DNA of 64,000 bases, taken from Thermoanaerobaculia bacterium. Its GTDB lineage: Bacteria > Acidobacteriota > Thermoanaerobaculia > Gp7-AA8. Each line of letters opens with the position of its first letter. Within the stretch, counting starts at the first letter, position 1. Below the pieces are notes generated by a model, which was not told the origin of the DNA, did not search any database, and saw only the letters and a list, made by a program, of their open reading frames with translations. Of this stretch, positions 46,057 through 55,507 are shown piece after piece. The DNA is taken from NCBI GenBank assembly GCA_035629395.1, contig DASPHZ010000030.1, positions 25,440 to 89,439 of the forward strand, read 5' to 3'. A program made the translations under genes and the position numbers.

Positions 46057-47481
46057 ATGAAGCTCCGTTTCGCCCCTTCCCCCACCGGATTCCTGCACGT
46101 CGGAGGCGCGCGCACCGCCATCTTCAATCTGCTGCACGCGCGCCGCTACGGCGGGACGATGCTGCTGCGCATCGAGGACACGGACGTCGAGCGCTCGAAG
46201 CAGCATCACGCGGAGCAGATCGTCAGCTCGCTGCAGTGGCTCGGCGTCGAATGGGACGAGGGTCCGATCTATCAGAGCGATCGGCTGGAACGGTATCGCG
46301 ACCGCGCCGAGGAGCTCGTCGCGAGCGGCAAGGCATATCGCTGCTATTGCACGGTCGAAGAATTGGAAGCGGATCGCACGGCCGCGGAAGCGCGCGGCGA
46401 TTCGTATCGCTACTCGGGCCGCTGCCGCAAACGCGCGGAGAGCGGCCAGGAGCAGCCCGACGACGTGCCGCACGTCATCCGCTGCAAGGTCATGCCGGGG
46501 CCGATCGAGTTCCACGATCTCATCCGCGGCGACGTGCAGTTCGAAGGGGAGCTGATCGACGACTTCGTCCTCATTCGCTCCGACGGCAATCCGACGTATC
46601 ACCTTTCCGTCGTCGTCGACGACGTCGACATGGAGATCACGCACGTCGCGCGCGGCGACGATCACCTCTCGAACACGCCGAAGCACATCGTGCTCTTCCG
46701 CGCGTTCGACGCACCGATCCCCGTTTTCGCGCACCTGCCGCTGATCCTCGGCAGCGATCGGAAGCGGCTGTCGAAGCGCAGCGGCGCCACGTCCGCCGAG
46801 GAGTATCGCGACATGGGCATCGTCCCCGCCGCGCTCTTCAACTTCCTCACGCTCCTCGGCTGGAATCCCGGCGGCGATCGCGAGCTGATCACGCACGACG
46901 AAGCGGTCCAGCTCTTCGATCTCGGCGACGTCAACAAGGCGCCGGCGGTGTTCGATCCGGAGAAGCTGCTCTGGATGAACGGTCAGTACCTGATGCGCAT
47001 GACCGTCGACGAGATCCATCCGCACCTCGTGCCGTTCCTCGGCGAGAACGTGCGGCCGGTCGACGAACTGCGTTCCGTCATTGAACTGAACAAAACGCGC
47101 GCGCGCACGCTGCGCGAGCTCGCGGAGCTGATGACGCCGTTCTTCGCCGACGACGACTCGATCGAGTACGACGCCGACGCGGTGAAGAAACACGTCAAGG
47201 GTGACGAGCTCGCGTCGCGCCTCACCGAACTGCATGACGTGCTCGCGAGCACCGAGCCGTTCGACGTCACCACCACCGAGGCCGCGCTTCGCGCGCTCGC
47301 CGAATCGCGCGGCGTGTCGGCGGCGAAGCTGATTCACCCGCTGCGCCTCGCGTTGACCGGCCGCGGTGCTTCGCCGCCGATCTTCGACGTGGCCGTAGTG
47401 CTCGGCAAAGAAAAAACACTACGGCGCCTGCAACGGCTGATCGCGCGTTTGCCGGAGCTCGCTCAGGCCGCTTCGGCCTGA
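46057..47481 (+). CDS. gltX: Glutamate--tRNA ligase
   Basis: MKLRFAPSPTGFLHVGGARTAIFN (HIGH region), KLSKR-type KMSKS motif (LSKRSGA). Confidence 0.95.
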   Translation: MKLRFAPSPTGFLHVGGARTAIFNLLHARRYGGTMLLRIEDTDVERSKQHHAEQIVSSLQWLGVEWDEGPIYQSDRLERYRDRAEELVASGKAYRCYCTVEELEADRTAAEARGDSYRYSGRCRKRAESGQEQPDDVPHVIRCKVMPGPIEFHDLIRGDVQFEGELIDDFVLIRSDGNPTYHLSVVVDDVDMEITHVARGDDHLSNTPKHIVLFRAFDAPIPVFAHLPLILGSDRKRLSKRSGATSAEEYRDMGIVPAALFNFLTLLGWNPGGDRELITHDEAVQLFDLGDVNKAPAVFDPEKLLWMNGQYLMRMTVDEIHPHLVPFLGENVRPVDELRSVIELNKTRARTLRELAELMTPFFADDDSIEYDADAVKKHVKGDELASRLTELHDVLASTEPFDVTTTEAALRALAESRGVSAAKLIHPLRLALTGRGASPPIFDVAVVLGKEKTLRRLQRLIARLPELAQAASA

Positions 47482-48221
47482 TTCGCGCGCATGCGGTCCA
47501 ACGCGGTCGCGCCGAGGAGCCACAGCGCGCAGATCGCGATCATGCCGCCCATGATCCAGAGGCTGTAACGGCCGTCCGCGGAGTACGGCTCGGTGGCGAG
47601 GTGGATGGCCTCGCTGTTCGGCAGCAGCTCCGCTTCGGAGAATTCGTGAATGGCGTAGAACACGATCTGGACCGTGAACAGGAGCAGGAACAATCCCGTC
47701 ACCTGGAAGAAGCGTTTGACGTTGATGCGGTGGCCGAAGTGCGCCCACAACCACGACATCGCCGCGGCGGCCGCGAGTCCGAGCGCGCAGCCGAGCCAGA
47801 AGCGGCCCTGGCGCACCTGAATCAGCATCAGCGCGGTCTCCATCCCTTCGCGCGTGATCATCAGCAGCGTGAAGCCGAAAACACCGAGCCACGCCCACAC
47901 CGGTGAGCCTTTGGAGGCTTGCATCTCGAGGCGCGTTTCCATCTCGCGCTTCATCGTCGGCGCGACGCGCCAGATGTGGATGACGAAGCTCGCCACGAGG
48001 ACCGCGGCGACGAGGGCGAGGATGCCTTCCCACAGCGGCTGATTGACGCGCTGCAGCCACCAGCCGAGGGCGGCGCTGGCGATGACGGAAACGCCGATGC
48101 CCCACCACACGGCGGGACGCAGCCACGAGCGGCCGGTCTTGCGCAGGTACGCAAAGATGATGGCCACGGTGAGAAAGGCTTCGAAGCCTTCGCGGAAAAC
48201 GATGATCAGAGCCTGGAGCAT
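47463..48221 (-). CDS. FTR1-family high-affinity iron permease (EfeU-like)
   Basis: Two REGxE motifs (REGFEA, REGMET) in TM helices. Confidence 0.85.
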   Translation of the reverse strand: MLQALIIVFREGFEAFLTVAIIFAYLRKTGRSWLRPAVWWGIGVSVIASAALGWWLQRVNQPLWEGILALVAAVLVASFVIHIWRVAPTMKREMETRLEMQASKGSPVWAWLGVFGFTLLMITREGMETALMLIQVRQGRFWLGCALGLAAAAAMSWLWAHFGHRINVKRFFQVTGLFLLLFTVQIVFYAIHEFSEAELLPNSEAIHLATEPYSADGRYSLWIMGGMIAICALWLLGATALDRMRANQAEAA

Positions 48222-48278
48222 GTGGGTTCCTCGTGCACGGCGTCATTCTGCGGCGCGCAGACACCGAAGGATCTCGAG

Positions 48279-48297
48279 CGACGCAACGGTTGCGTCG
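48279..48297. promoter_or_regulatory. Perfect 9-1-9 palindrome CGACGCAAC-G-GTTGCGTCG in fur-FTR1 spacer
   Basis: Read directly; function unknown. Confidence 0.3.
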
Positions 48298-48360
48298 AGC
48301 GAGACCGTTCGCCGTCTGCGCGGCTCAGGGTGACGGGAGCGTGCCTGGTGTGGGATGCGC

Positions 48361-48861
48361 TCATTTCCTCAGTTTCGTGGGCTGGATCATCTTCACGCGA
48401 TCCGGCGCGTCGGGTGTTTGACCCTTGCGGCGGCAGGAGTCGCATACGCCGAGGATCTGGAGGTTGTGGAACGTCGGGGTGAACTTTTTTTTCTCGCAGA
48501 TGGCGATCTGCAGGCGCTCGAGCTGTTCGTCGTGAAACTCGATGACGTTGCCGCAGGTGGTGCAGATGAGATGGTCGTGGTGCGAGTTCCCGCTGACGTG
48601 CTCGTAGTGATAGTGGTCCTCGCCGAGGTGGACGCGGCGGACCATGTTGGACTTTACGAGCAGTTCGAGCGTGCGGTAGACCGTCGCGCGCGAGATCTTG
48701 ACGCTCTTCTCCTTCATCTTTCCGAGGAGCTCGTCCGCCTCGAAGTGGTAATGCGTGGAGAAGATCTCGCGCACGAGCGCAATGCGCTCGGACGTGAGCT
48801 TGAGCCCCTGCTGCTGCAGGTAGTCCTGGAACCGTGTGATCTCGCGTTCGACGCTGGGCAT
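48361..48861 (-). CDS. fur: Ferric uptake regulator family transcriptional regulator
   Basis: RATVYRTLELL HTH, HHDHLIC...C and CxxC metal sites. Confidence 0.9.
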   Translation of the reverse strand: MPSVEREITRFQDYLQQQGLKLTSERIALVREIFSTHYHFEADELLGKMKEKSVKISRATVYRTLELLVKSNMVRRVHLGEDHYHYEHVSGNSHHDHLICTTCGNVIEFHDEQLERLQIAICEKKKFTPTFHNLQILGVCDSCRRKGQTPDAPDRVKMIQPTKLRK

Positions 48862-48874
48862 GAGAGGGTGAGAG

Positions 48875-48890
48875 TTGAGACGCCGTCTCA
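48875..48890. promoter_or_regulatory. Palindrome TTGAGACG-C-CGTCTCA 14-30 nt upstream of fur start codon; candidate autoregulatory operator
   Basis: Same core as the bfd upstream palindrome (2616-2632). Confidence 0.45.
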
Positions 48891-48929
48891 GTTGGCGAGA
48901 GTGTAGCGGGGGGAGGGGGGTGGGTCAAG

Positions 48930-49056
48930 GGAGCTGTTGAGCTGTTGAGCTGTTGAGCCGCTGAGCTGTTGAGCCGTTGAGCTGTTGAGTCGCTGAGCGG
49001 AGGGGCCGGGGGAGCTCAATGGCTCAATAGCTCAACGGCTCAATTAGCGAACAGCT
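48930..49056. repeat. Second copy of (CTGTTGAG)n / (CTCAATAG)n hairpin repeat element, same orientation as copy at 4937-5082
   Basis: ggagctgttgagctgttgagctgttgagccgctgagctgttgagccgttgagctgttgagtcgctgagcgg-aggggccgggggag-ctcaatggctcaatagctcaacggctcaattagcgaacagctccc. Overlaps the 3' end/stop of the GyrI-like gene. Confidence 0.85.
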
Positions 49057-49523
49057 CCCACCACCGGCAGGTACACATCCGTCACCATCTCCTCCTCGCG
49101 CACGTTCGGGCCGACGTTCACGTAGTGGAAGAAGATGGGAAAGTCGGCGAGGCGCTCGCCGCTTTGCGGGAGCCAGACTTCGGCGAGATAGCGCGCGGTC
49201 GTGTTGTTTTCGCGGGAGCCGAGGTGGCGGGCTTTGGCGCAGCGCAGGGCGGGGATGCGTTTGTTGATCACGCCTTGCGGATTCGGCGGGACGTCGGCGT
49301 CGACGGCGATCGCGAAATCGACGCGATGCTCCTCGGGCGCGGTTTTCGCGGGATCGGTGTAGTGGATGCCGTACGTCTTGTAGCGATCGGGCGGATAGCC
49401 GTTCTGGATGCGCCACTGGATCAGGCGGCGCGCCGTCTCGTGCTCGAGCTCCGGCGCGCCGCGATGTTCCACGGCGGCGATCTTCGTTTCGGGAAACGCG
49501 ACGATTTCGACGGCGATCGTCAT
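49044..49523 (-). CDS. GyrI-like small-molecule-binding domain protein
   Basis: About 159 aa; start ATG overlaps upstream gene stop (TGATG). Confidence 0.55.
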   Translation of the reverse strand: MTIAVEIVAFPETKIAAVEHRGAPELEHETARRLIQWRIQNGYPPDRYKTYGIHYTDPAKTAPEEHRVDFAIAVDADVPPNPQGVINKRIPALRCAKARHLGSRENNTTARYLAEVWLPQSGERLADFPIFFHYVNVGPNVREEEMVTDVYLPVVGAVR

Positions 49524-51931
49524 CACAGGTGCGTGCGCGCCGCGTCCACCACTTCGCGGATGCGCGGCTGGCGCGGATCGATGTTCAGCGAACGGTTCCA
49601 GAAATCGAGCGCGCGTGCGTAGTCCTTCTGCCGCGCGTAGTACGTGCCCATGTTGTTGAGAACGAGCGTCGACGACGGCTGCAGTGCCAGCGCGCGGTCG
49701 AGCTCCGGCATGCCTTCGGTGTAGCGCTGCGCCTGGAAGAGCGCCGAGCCGAGGTTGGCGGAGATGAGGTACGACTGCGGGAACACCTGCTTGCCTTTGT
49801 AGAGCAACTGGATCGCGCGCGAGGTCATGTCGCGCGAGCGGTAGAGCGCCGCAAAGTCGACGAACCACTGCTCCGCGTTCGGCAGCCCGCGCTGCACGGC
49901 ACTCATGAAGACGTCGTCCGCGGCGGTGTACTGCTGGCGGTCGAACAGCGTCATGGCCATGTTGAGGTACGGGATCGGGCGCGACGGATTGCGATCGATG
50001 GCGGCCTGGAACGCCTCGATGGCCTCGCGCGTCTTGTTCTGCTTCCGCAGCTCGATGCCCTGATTGTTGTAGTACGCGTACGGACCCCACTGCTCGGGTG
50101 GGATCTGCTGTGCCGCCATCTGCGGTGTGTCGTCGTCGAACACCGGTTGCGCGCGTGTCGGATCGACCATGTGTCCGATGGCCTGCAACCGCTGCGTGTA
50201 CGAGCTGCCGTCGATGCCGCCGCTGCCCATGCTCTGCGTGTTGAAGAACTCGTCGTAGCTGACGACGCGCACGGAAGTCACGGGAGTGATGTTGCTGAAC
50301 ATCCAGTCCGCGTGCTTGCCGGGCATCTCGGTCGATTGCGGCAGCCCGAGGATGGAGAGGACGGAGGGGACGATGTCGTAGAGCGAGATGGTGTGATTGC
50401 TGCGCGACGCGGCGATGTGATTGCCGTACGCGATGAACACGCCGGGATTGCGGTGATCGGCGAGCGCGGCACGGCCGACCGGCGGCACGCGCGGACGCGT
50501 CTTCCCCCAGCGATAGCCGTGCGCGGACATGACGATCACGGTCGTGTCGTCGCTGAGGACGTTCATCCATTCGCCGATGAGGCGATCGACCTCGGAGTAA
50601 TAGTTCGCAACCGCCGGCCAGTAGCGGCGGAACTCGGTCTGGTCGATGCCTTCGCGGTACGGCGGGTGATACGGCGAAAAGAGGTGATTGACGGTGTCGG
50701 TGCCTTCGTAATTCACCATCAGCAGCAGCGGCTCGTGCTGCCGGTAGAGATCGACGGCCACGCGATGATCGGTCCACGTCTTCGACAGCACGCCGCGGAA
50801 GACGTTGACCGGGTGCATCGGCCCGCCGCTCGCCACCGCGCCGTTGTATTCGGCTTCGGTGATGTTGAGGAAGCGGCGCACCTGCGGCCCGGCGATGGTG
50901 TTCAGCGGCACGTCGAGCTGCGAGACGCGCGTGGCGAGATTGCTCGGATAGATCGCGCCGCTGTGCAGACCGACCGGGGAGTCGAATGTGATCGCGCTGT
51001 CGGGACGCGCGGGCCACCCGGCCCACCAGTTCACCGTCACCGCCCGGCGACCGAATGCCTCGGCGATGTCCCAGATGGCGGGACTGCGGCGCGTGGTCGC
51101 GTCGACGGGCTTCTTGCGCGCGCGGTCGAGGAAGTCGATGACGCCATGCCGATCAGGCGAGAGGCCGGTGGCGACGGTGGTCCAGACCATGGGCGAGACG
51201 GTCGGCTGGATCGTCTGCAGCGAAGCGGTCGTGCCGCCCTGCGCGAGCGCACGAAGGTTCGGGATGCGGCCGTCGGTGGAGAGCTCGGAGATGAGCTCCC
51301 AGTCCGCGCCGTCGATGGCGAAGATGGCCACGCGTCCGGCGACGCCGCGCGCTTCGCGGCGCAGCTCGACGCGTTTGTATTCGAGGAGAGCGCGGCGATC
51401 GGGATCGATGCGCGAGATCTCGAATGCGGTGACTTGCAGGCCGCTCTGCGCGAGATGGCGCGACACGACCTGGCGGAGGACGTCGCGCCGCGCGGAGAAT
51501 TGCGAGGTCGGCGAAACGAGCTCTTCGATCGGCACCTGCTGCGTGACCGCGGACACGGCCTCGGCGACGCGCGTGCGGATCCACGCGCTCCAGCCGTCGC
51601 GCACGAGGCGCGGCGCGTCGGGGAAGCGCTCGCCCGGGATGGCGAAGCGCAGGCGGTAGCTGATCGTGACCGGCACGCGCTCCTTCGACATGATGCGCAC
51701 AAAGCCGTCACGCTGCGCATGGCCCTGGCGCTTCTCGAAACTGAGGCGGTAGAACTGATGCGGCGGCAGGAACGTGACGCGGTTCTGCACCAGCCGCACG
51801 CGCCCGTTGCTCTTGTCGACGCCGAAGATCAGCCGCCGCGAAGACGGCAGAAAGAGCGAGATGAGCAGGTACATGACCAGGCCCATCCCGGCGAGGGTCG
51901 CGAGAGCGCGGAGAAACTTCGAGCGGAACAC
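49523..51931 (-). CDS. Membrane-anchored alkaline-phosphatase-superfamily (type I phosphodiesterase/nucleotide pyrophosphatase-like) protein with C-terminal TPR repeats
   Basis: N-terminal TM; AlkP-core motifs (AIFAIDGADWE...SPMVWTTVATG...DHRNPGVF); about 250-aa C-terminal TPR region. Confidence 0.7.
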   Translation of the reverse strand: MFRSKFLRALATLAGMGLVMYLLISLFLPSSRRLIFGVDKSNGRVRLVQNRVTFLPPHQFYRLSFEKRQGHAQRDGFVRIMSKERVPVTISYRLRFAIPGERFPDAPRLVRDGWSAWIRTRVAEAVSAVTQQVPIEELVSPTSQFSARRDVLRQVVSRHLAQSGLQVTAFEISRIDPDRRALLEYKRVELRREARGVAGRVAIFAIDGADWELISELSTDGRIPNLRALAQGGTTASLQTIQPTVSPMVWTTVATGLSPDRHGVIDFLDRARKKPVDATTRRSPAIWDIAEAFGRRAVTVNWWAGWPARPDSAITFDSPVGLHSGAIYPSNLATRVSQLDVPLNTIAGPQVRRFLNITEAEYNGAVASGGPMHPVNVFRGVLSKTWTDHRVAVDLYRQHEPLLLMVNYEGTDTVNHLFSPYHPPYREGIDQTEFRRYWPAVANYYSEVDRLIGEWMNVLSDDTTVIVMSAHGYRWGKTRPRVPPVGRAALADHRNPGVFIAYGNHIAASRSNHTISLYDIVPSVLSILGLPQSTEMPGKHADWMFSNITPVTSVRVVSYDEFFNTQSMGSGGIDGSSYTQRLQAIGHMVDPTRAQPVFDDDTPQMAAQQIPPEQWGPYAYYNNQGIELRKQNKTREAIEAFQAAIDRNPSRPIPYLNMAMTLFDRQQYTAADDVFMSAVQRGLPNAEQWFVDFAALYRSRDMTSRAIQLLYKGKQVFPQSYLISANLGSALFQAQRYTEGMPELDRALALQPSSTLVLNNMGTYYARQKDYARALDFWNRSLNIDPRQPRIREVVDAARTHL

Positions 51932-51954
51932 GGCGGCGAACTATGAAAGAAGGT

Positions 51955-52066
51955 TGCCAGATGGTTGCTGGTGGTTGGTTGCTGGTTGGTAGTTACTGGT
52001 TGCTCGGGATTTGCCCTGAGCCGAAAGCTCACGAGCAACCAGGAACCAGCAACGAGTAACCAGCAA
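51955..52066. repeat. Hairpin repeat element, (GGTTGCT)n left arm / (AGCAACC)n right arm
   Basis: ggttgccagatggttgctggtggttggttgctggttggtagttactggttgctcg-ggatttgccctgagccgaaagctcacg-agcaaccaggaaccagcaacgagtaaccagcaac. Confidence 0.8.
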
Positions 52067-52783
52067 CTACTTCCGCCGCTTCACCAACTGCTTCACCTCA
52101 TCGTTCCCGATCGCGCTCTGCGCGGAAATGATGACCGCCGCGGTGCCGTCGCGGAAGGCGGGGATGGTGCAGCGCACGGTCGCCGTTCCGTCCGCCGCGG
52201 TCTTGCCGCGGAAGATGACGCGCGGCGGTTCCACGGTCGAGATCACTTTCACCTCGATCGCGGCCGCGGGGATCGGTGCCTGGGAGAGGCTCTTGCGGGC
52301 GGCGACGCGCATTTCGATCGGGGCGCCGGCGAAGAAGTCGACCACGTTGAGGAGCGCGAGCTCGAGATGCTCGCTCTCGGCTTCCGAGGCGAGGTAGTCG
52401 ATGATGACCTGATCGAGGGTCTTCTCCTCGTCGATCGCCACCGGTGCCGCCGCGGCTTCCTCGAACACCACGCCCGAGTCCTGCGTGAGCGTCGGCATCG
52501 ACGGGCGCGGCGAGGCTTTCGTCGTATCGGCGGGCTGATCGAAGCGGCCGCGTTTGATGGCCGCGATCATGGTCCGGTGCTGCTGCTCCATGAGGCCGCC
52601 GATCCATTTGTCGTCGACGCCCGTCTTGAGCTGCTCCGCGTACGAAGTCTTCTTCGACGCGAGGATCTCGCCACCCACGTACACGAGCGACTCGATGTAG
52701 GGATTCCCTACACCTTTGTCCTCGGTCTGCACGTGGTAGACCTTCTCGTTGTGCTTGATGTCTGTATTGAAGCCGGTGATCAC
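52067..52783 (-). CDS. Hypothetical protein
   Basis: Good GC3 bias; MITGFNTDIKHNEKVYHVQTEDKGVGNPYIESLVYVGGEIL N-terminus, no motif recognised. Confidence 0.55.
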   Translation of the reverse strand: MITGFNTDIKHNEKVYHVQTEDKGVGNPYIESLVYVGGEILASKKTSYAEQLKTGVDDKWIGGLMEQQHRTMIAAIKRGRFDQPADTTKASPRPSMPTLTQDSGVVFEEAAAAPVAIDEEKTLDQVIIDYLASEAESEHLELALLNVVDFFAGAPIEMRVAARKSLSQAPIPAAAIEVKVISTVEPPRVIFRGKTAADGTATVRCTIPAFRDGTAAVIISAQSAIGNDEVKQLVKRRK

Positions 52784-52802
52784 GGGGTGAGCGAATGGTA
52801 TC

Positions 52803-52884
52803 AGAGGGCTGAGGGGCGAGGGCCGGCCGCTGAGGGAGAAAGGGCGCAGAACCCTTCGGCCCTCGGCCCTCTGCCCTCGGCCCT
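52803..52884. repeat. Hairpin repeat element, (GAGGGCY)n left arm / (CGGCCCT)n right arm
   Basis: cagagggctgaggggcgagggccggccgctgagggag-aaagggcgcagaaccctt-cggccctcggccctctgccctcggccc; same unit as the 30941-31005 element. Confidence 0.7.
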
Positions 52885-53739
52885 TTAATTCTGCTCCAGC
52901 CAGGCTTGCAGATACGCGATCTGCTCCCGCACGCGCGAGCGGTCGTCGGCTGACGGCATGAGGGAGAGGTAACGCTCGAACAGCTCGATGGCCTGAGGGT
53001 ACGCGTGGAGTTGCATCGCCAGCGCCGCGCGATCGCGCATTTCGTACGCGTCGCGGTCGTCGAGGATGAGCAGCCGGTCGATCGACGCCGCCGCGCGCGG
53101 CAGATCGTGTTGCGCGAGATACGCGGCCTTCAGTTGCGCGAGCTCGCGCGCGAGGATCTCCTTCGGCGAAAACGAGCGCAGGTGATGCTCGCGCAGACGC
53201 ACGCCGCCGCCGTACATGCCGTCGAGGATCTTCTGCAGCTCGATCGTCGACAGCACGCGTCCGCCGTCGAACGGATCGACGACGACCACACCGAACGGTC
53301 CCGTGAATTTGACGAGGAAGCGCCCCGGCAGCGATACGCCCGCGGCTTCGACACCGATGCGCCGCGACAATTCGATGTACAGCACCGAAAGCGTGATCGG
53401 CAATCCCGCATGCCGCTCCATCGCCTCGGACAAGAGCGCGCTGCGCGGATCGTAGTAATCCTCGTTCTCGCCGTGGAACCCTTCTTCGTCGAAGAGCAGG
53501 CGATTGATCGTTTCGACGATCCGCTCGACGTCGCGCGAGCCCTGCAGCCGTTCGCGCACGGCGGCGGTCCAGACGCCGACTTCGTCGAGGTAGCGGTCGA
53601 CGTCGAGCCGCGGATCTTCTTCGAGTGCGATGACGAGCGAGCCCTCGACCAGGTCGAGGAGCGGGTCAGGCCGGCCCGCGATCTCCTGGAAGCGGCGCCG
53701 CGCCAGAGCCGGATGCGTCAGAACCCGTCCGCCCGGCAT
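52885..53739 (-). CDS. Transglutaminase-like/TPR protein of the SirB1 (UPF0162) family
   Basis: Domain layout and length typical of SirB1/YchA; 74-nt overlap with the upstream thioesterase gene means the start may be downstream or non-ATG. Confidence 0.55.
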   Translation of the reverse strand: MPGGRVLTHPALARRRFQEIAGRPDPLLDLVEGSLVIALEEDPRLDVDRYLDEVGVWTAAVRERLQGSRDVERIVETINRLLFDEEGFHGENEDYYDPRSALLSEAMERHAGLPITLSVLYIELSRRIGVEAAGVSLPGRFLVKFTGPFGVVVVDPFDGGRVLSTIELQKILDGMYGGGVRLREHHLRSFSPKEILARELAQLKAAYLAQHDLPRAAASIDRLLILDDRDAYEMRDRAALAMQLHAYPQAIELFERYLSLMPSADDRSRVREQIAYLQAWLEQN

Positions 53740-54151
53740 TCGCTATCCTCCTCCGCAGCTCATCGGGAATGGGAGCTTTCGAACGGCGTGCCCAATCGAA
53801 GAGCACGACGACCACGCGGCCCGTGGCGGCCACATCGTTACCGTTGTTTTTGCGGATCTCGCACACGAACTCGATCGAGCTCGTGCCGAGAGTGCCGAAG
53901 CGCGTCCAGATCTCGATCGGCTCCATGCGGAGCTGCGCTTTGAAGTCGCACTCCGCGCGGGCGACGATGAAATCGATGTCCGTCGCCGACCTGCCGCCGC
54001 CGGAGACTTCGAACCAGAGCTGCGTGCGGCCCCACTCGTAGTACGTGAAGAAGACGGCGTTGTTGACGTGACCGAATGCGTCGACGTCGCGAAACAGGAC
54101 GTGATGAGGAACCACGAACCAGCCATCGCGCCAGAATCCCAGCTCGCTCAT
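53666..54151 (-). CDS. Acyl-CoA thioesterase, hotdog fold (YbgC/4HBT family)
   Basis: HVLFRDVDAFGHVNNAVFFTYYEWGRTQ; ATGA overlap with HMG-CoA lyase stop. Confidence 0.7.
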   Translation of the reverse strand: MSELGFWRDGWFVVPHHVLFRDVDAFGHVNNAVFFTYYEWGRTQLWFEVSGGGRSATDIDFIVARAECDFKAQLRMEPIEIWTRFGTLGTSSIEFVCEIRKNNGNDVAATGRVVVVLFDWARRSKAPIPDELRRRIANAGRTGSDASGSGAAPLPGDRGPA

Positions 54152-55083
54152 TGTACGGCCGCGCTCGTCGCGAATGGCATCTGTCCTTTGGTACAAGCCT
54201 GTAAATACCGCCCCGGCAGCGGATGATCGAGATACGGCGCGATGATCGCCGATGCCTGCACGAGGCGGTCGAGACTCACACCCGTCGGGATGGCCATCTT
54301 GTCGAGCATGTACACGAGATCCTCGGTCGCCAGATTGCCCGACGCGCCGGGCGCATACGGACAGCCGCCGAGCCCGCCGGAGGAAGCGTCGAAGGTGGTG
54401 ATGCCCATCTCCAGCGCGGCCAGCGTGTTCGCGAGCGCGGTCCCGCGCGTGTCGTGAAAGTGCATGGCCAGTTTCGAGGCGGGGATGACCTGCAGCAGGA
54501 TGCCGATCACGCCCTGCACCTGCATCGGCGTACCGACGCCGATCGTGTCGCCGACCGAGACTTCGTAGCAGCCGAGATCGAGGAGACGCGCGGAGACTTC
54601 GAGGACCTTCTCCGGCGGAACGTCGCCCTCGTACGGACAACCGAACGCCGTCGAGACGTAGCCGCGCACTTTCATCCCCTCGGCGCGTGCGCGGCCCACG
54701 ACCGGCGCGTAGTTCTCGAACGACTGGTCGATCGTCATGTTGATGTTGCGCTGGTTGAACGTGTCCGAGGAGGCGGTGAAGATCGCGATCGATCGGACGC
54801 CGGCTTCGATGGCGCGCTCGAGTCCGCGCATGTTCGGCACGAGCACCGGGTACTCGACGCCCGGGTCTTTCGGAATCTCCGCGTAGACCTGCGCGGTGTC
54901 CGCCATCTGCGGGACCCACTTCGGCGAGACGAACGCGCCCGCTTCGATGACGCGCAGGCCGGCGTCGCTCAGGGCGGTGACGTAGTCGATCTTGACCTGC
55001 GTCGGGATCGTGACCTTTTCGTTCTGCAGGCCGTCACGCGGGCCGACTTCGACGATGCGAACGGAATCCACTGTGATCTTCAT
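54148..55083 (-). CDS. Hydroxymethylglutaryl-CoA lyase
   Basis: VEVGPRDGLQNE...GDTIGVGTP...HFHDTRGTALAN motifs. Confidence 0.9.
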   Translation of the reverse strand: MKITVDSVRIVEVGPRDGLQNEKVTIPTQVKIDYVTALSDAGLRVIEAGAFVSPKWVPQMADTAQVYAEIPKDPGVEYPVLVPNMRGLERAIEAGVRSIAIFTASSDTFNQRNINMTIDQSFENYAPVVGRARAEGMKVRGYVSTAFGCPYEGDVPPEKVLEVSARLLDLGCYEVSVGDTIGVGTPMQVQGVIGILLQVIPASKLAMHFHDTRGTALANTLAALEMGITTFDASSGGLGGCPYAPGASGNLATEDLVYMLDKMAIPTGVSLDRLVQASAIIAPYLDHPLPGRYLQACTKGQMPFATSAAVQ

Positions 55084-55120
55084 GACTGCGACGTCACCCT
55101 GCGCGGCGCAGCGTGACGGC

Positions 55121-55507
55121 TCATCCCTCCAACGTAACGAGCTCCACTCCAGGCTGCACCAGCTCTCCTTCCGTGCAATTCACGGACGCGATCTTCCCGT
55201 CGCGCGGGGCGACGATCTGGTGCTCCATCTTCATCGCCTCGAGAATCAGGAGCGGTGCGCCTTTCGTGACAACATCGCCTGCCTTCACGAACATTTTCAG
55301 GACCACGCCCGGCATCGGCGCTTCCATCAGATGATCGCGCTGCCGTTTCGCGGTTTTGCGCGTCTTGTCCTCGATCTCGACGAGATACGTCTCGCCGTCG
55401 AAGACGAAATGCACGGCCGCGCCCTGAAGGACGTACGGGACAAAGTACGTGCGTCCGTCGATGCGGATCTCGGCTTCTTCGCCGTCGGTGGAAACGAGCT
55501 CGATCAT
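55121..55507 (-). CDS. Biotin/lipoyl-attachment (biotin carboxyl carrier) domain protein, stand-alone
   Basis: EAMKMEH biotinyl-lysine motif; ATGA overlap with pyrE stop. Confidence 0.7.
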   Translation of the reverse strand: MIELVSTDGEEAEIRIDGRTYFVPYVLQGAAVHFVFDGETYLVEIEDKTRKTAKRQRDHLMEAPMPGVVLKMFVKAGDVVTKGAPLLILEAMKMEHQIVAPRDGKIASVNCTEGELVQPGVELVTLEG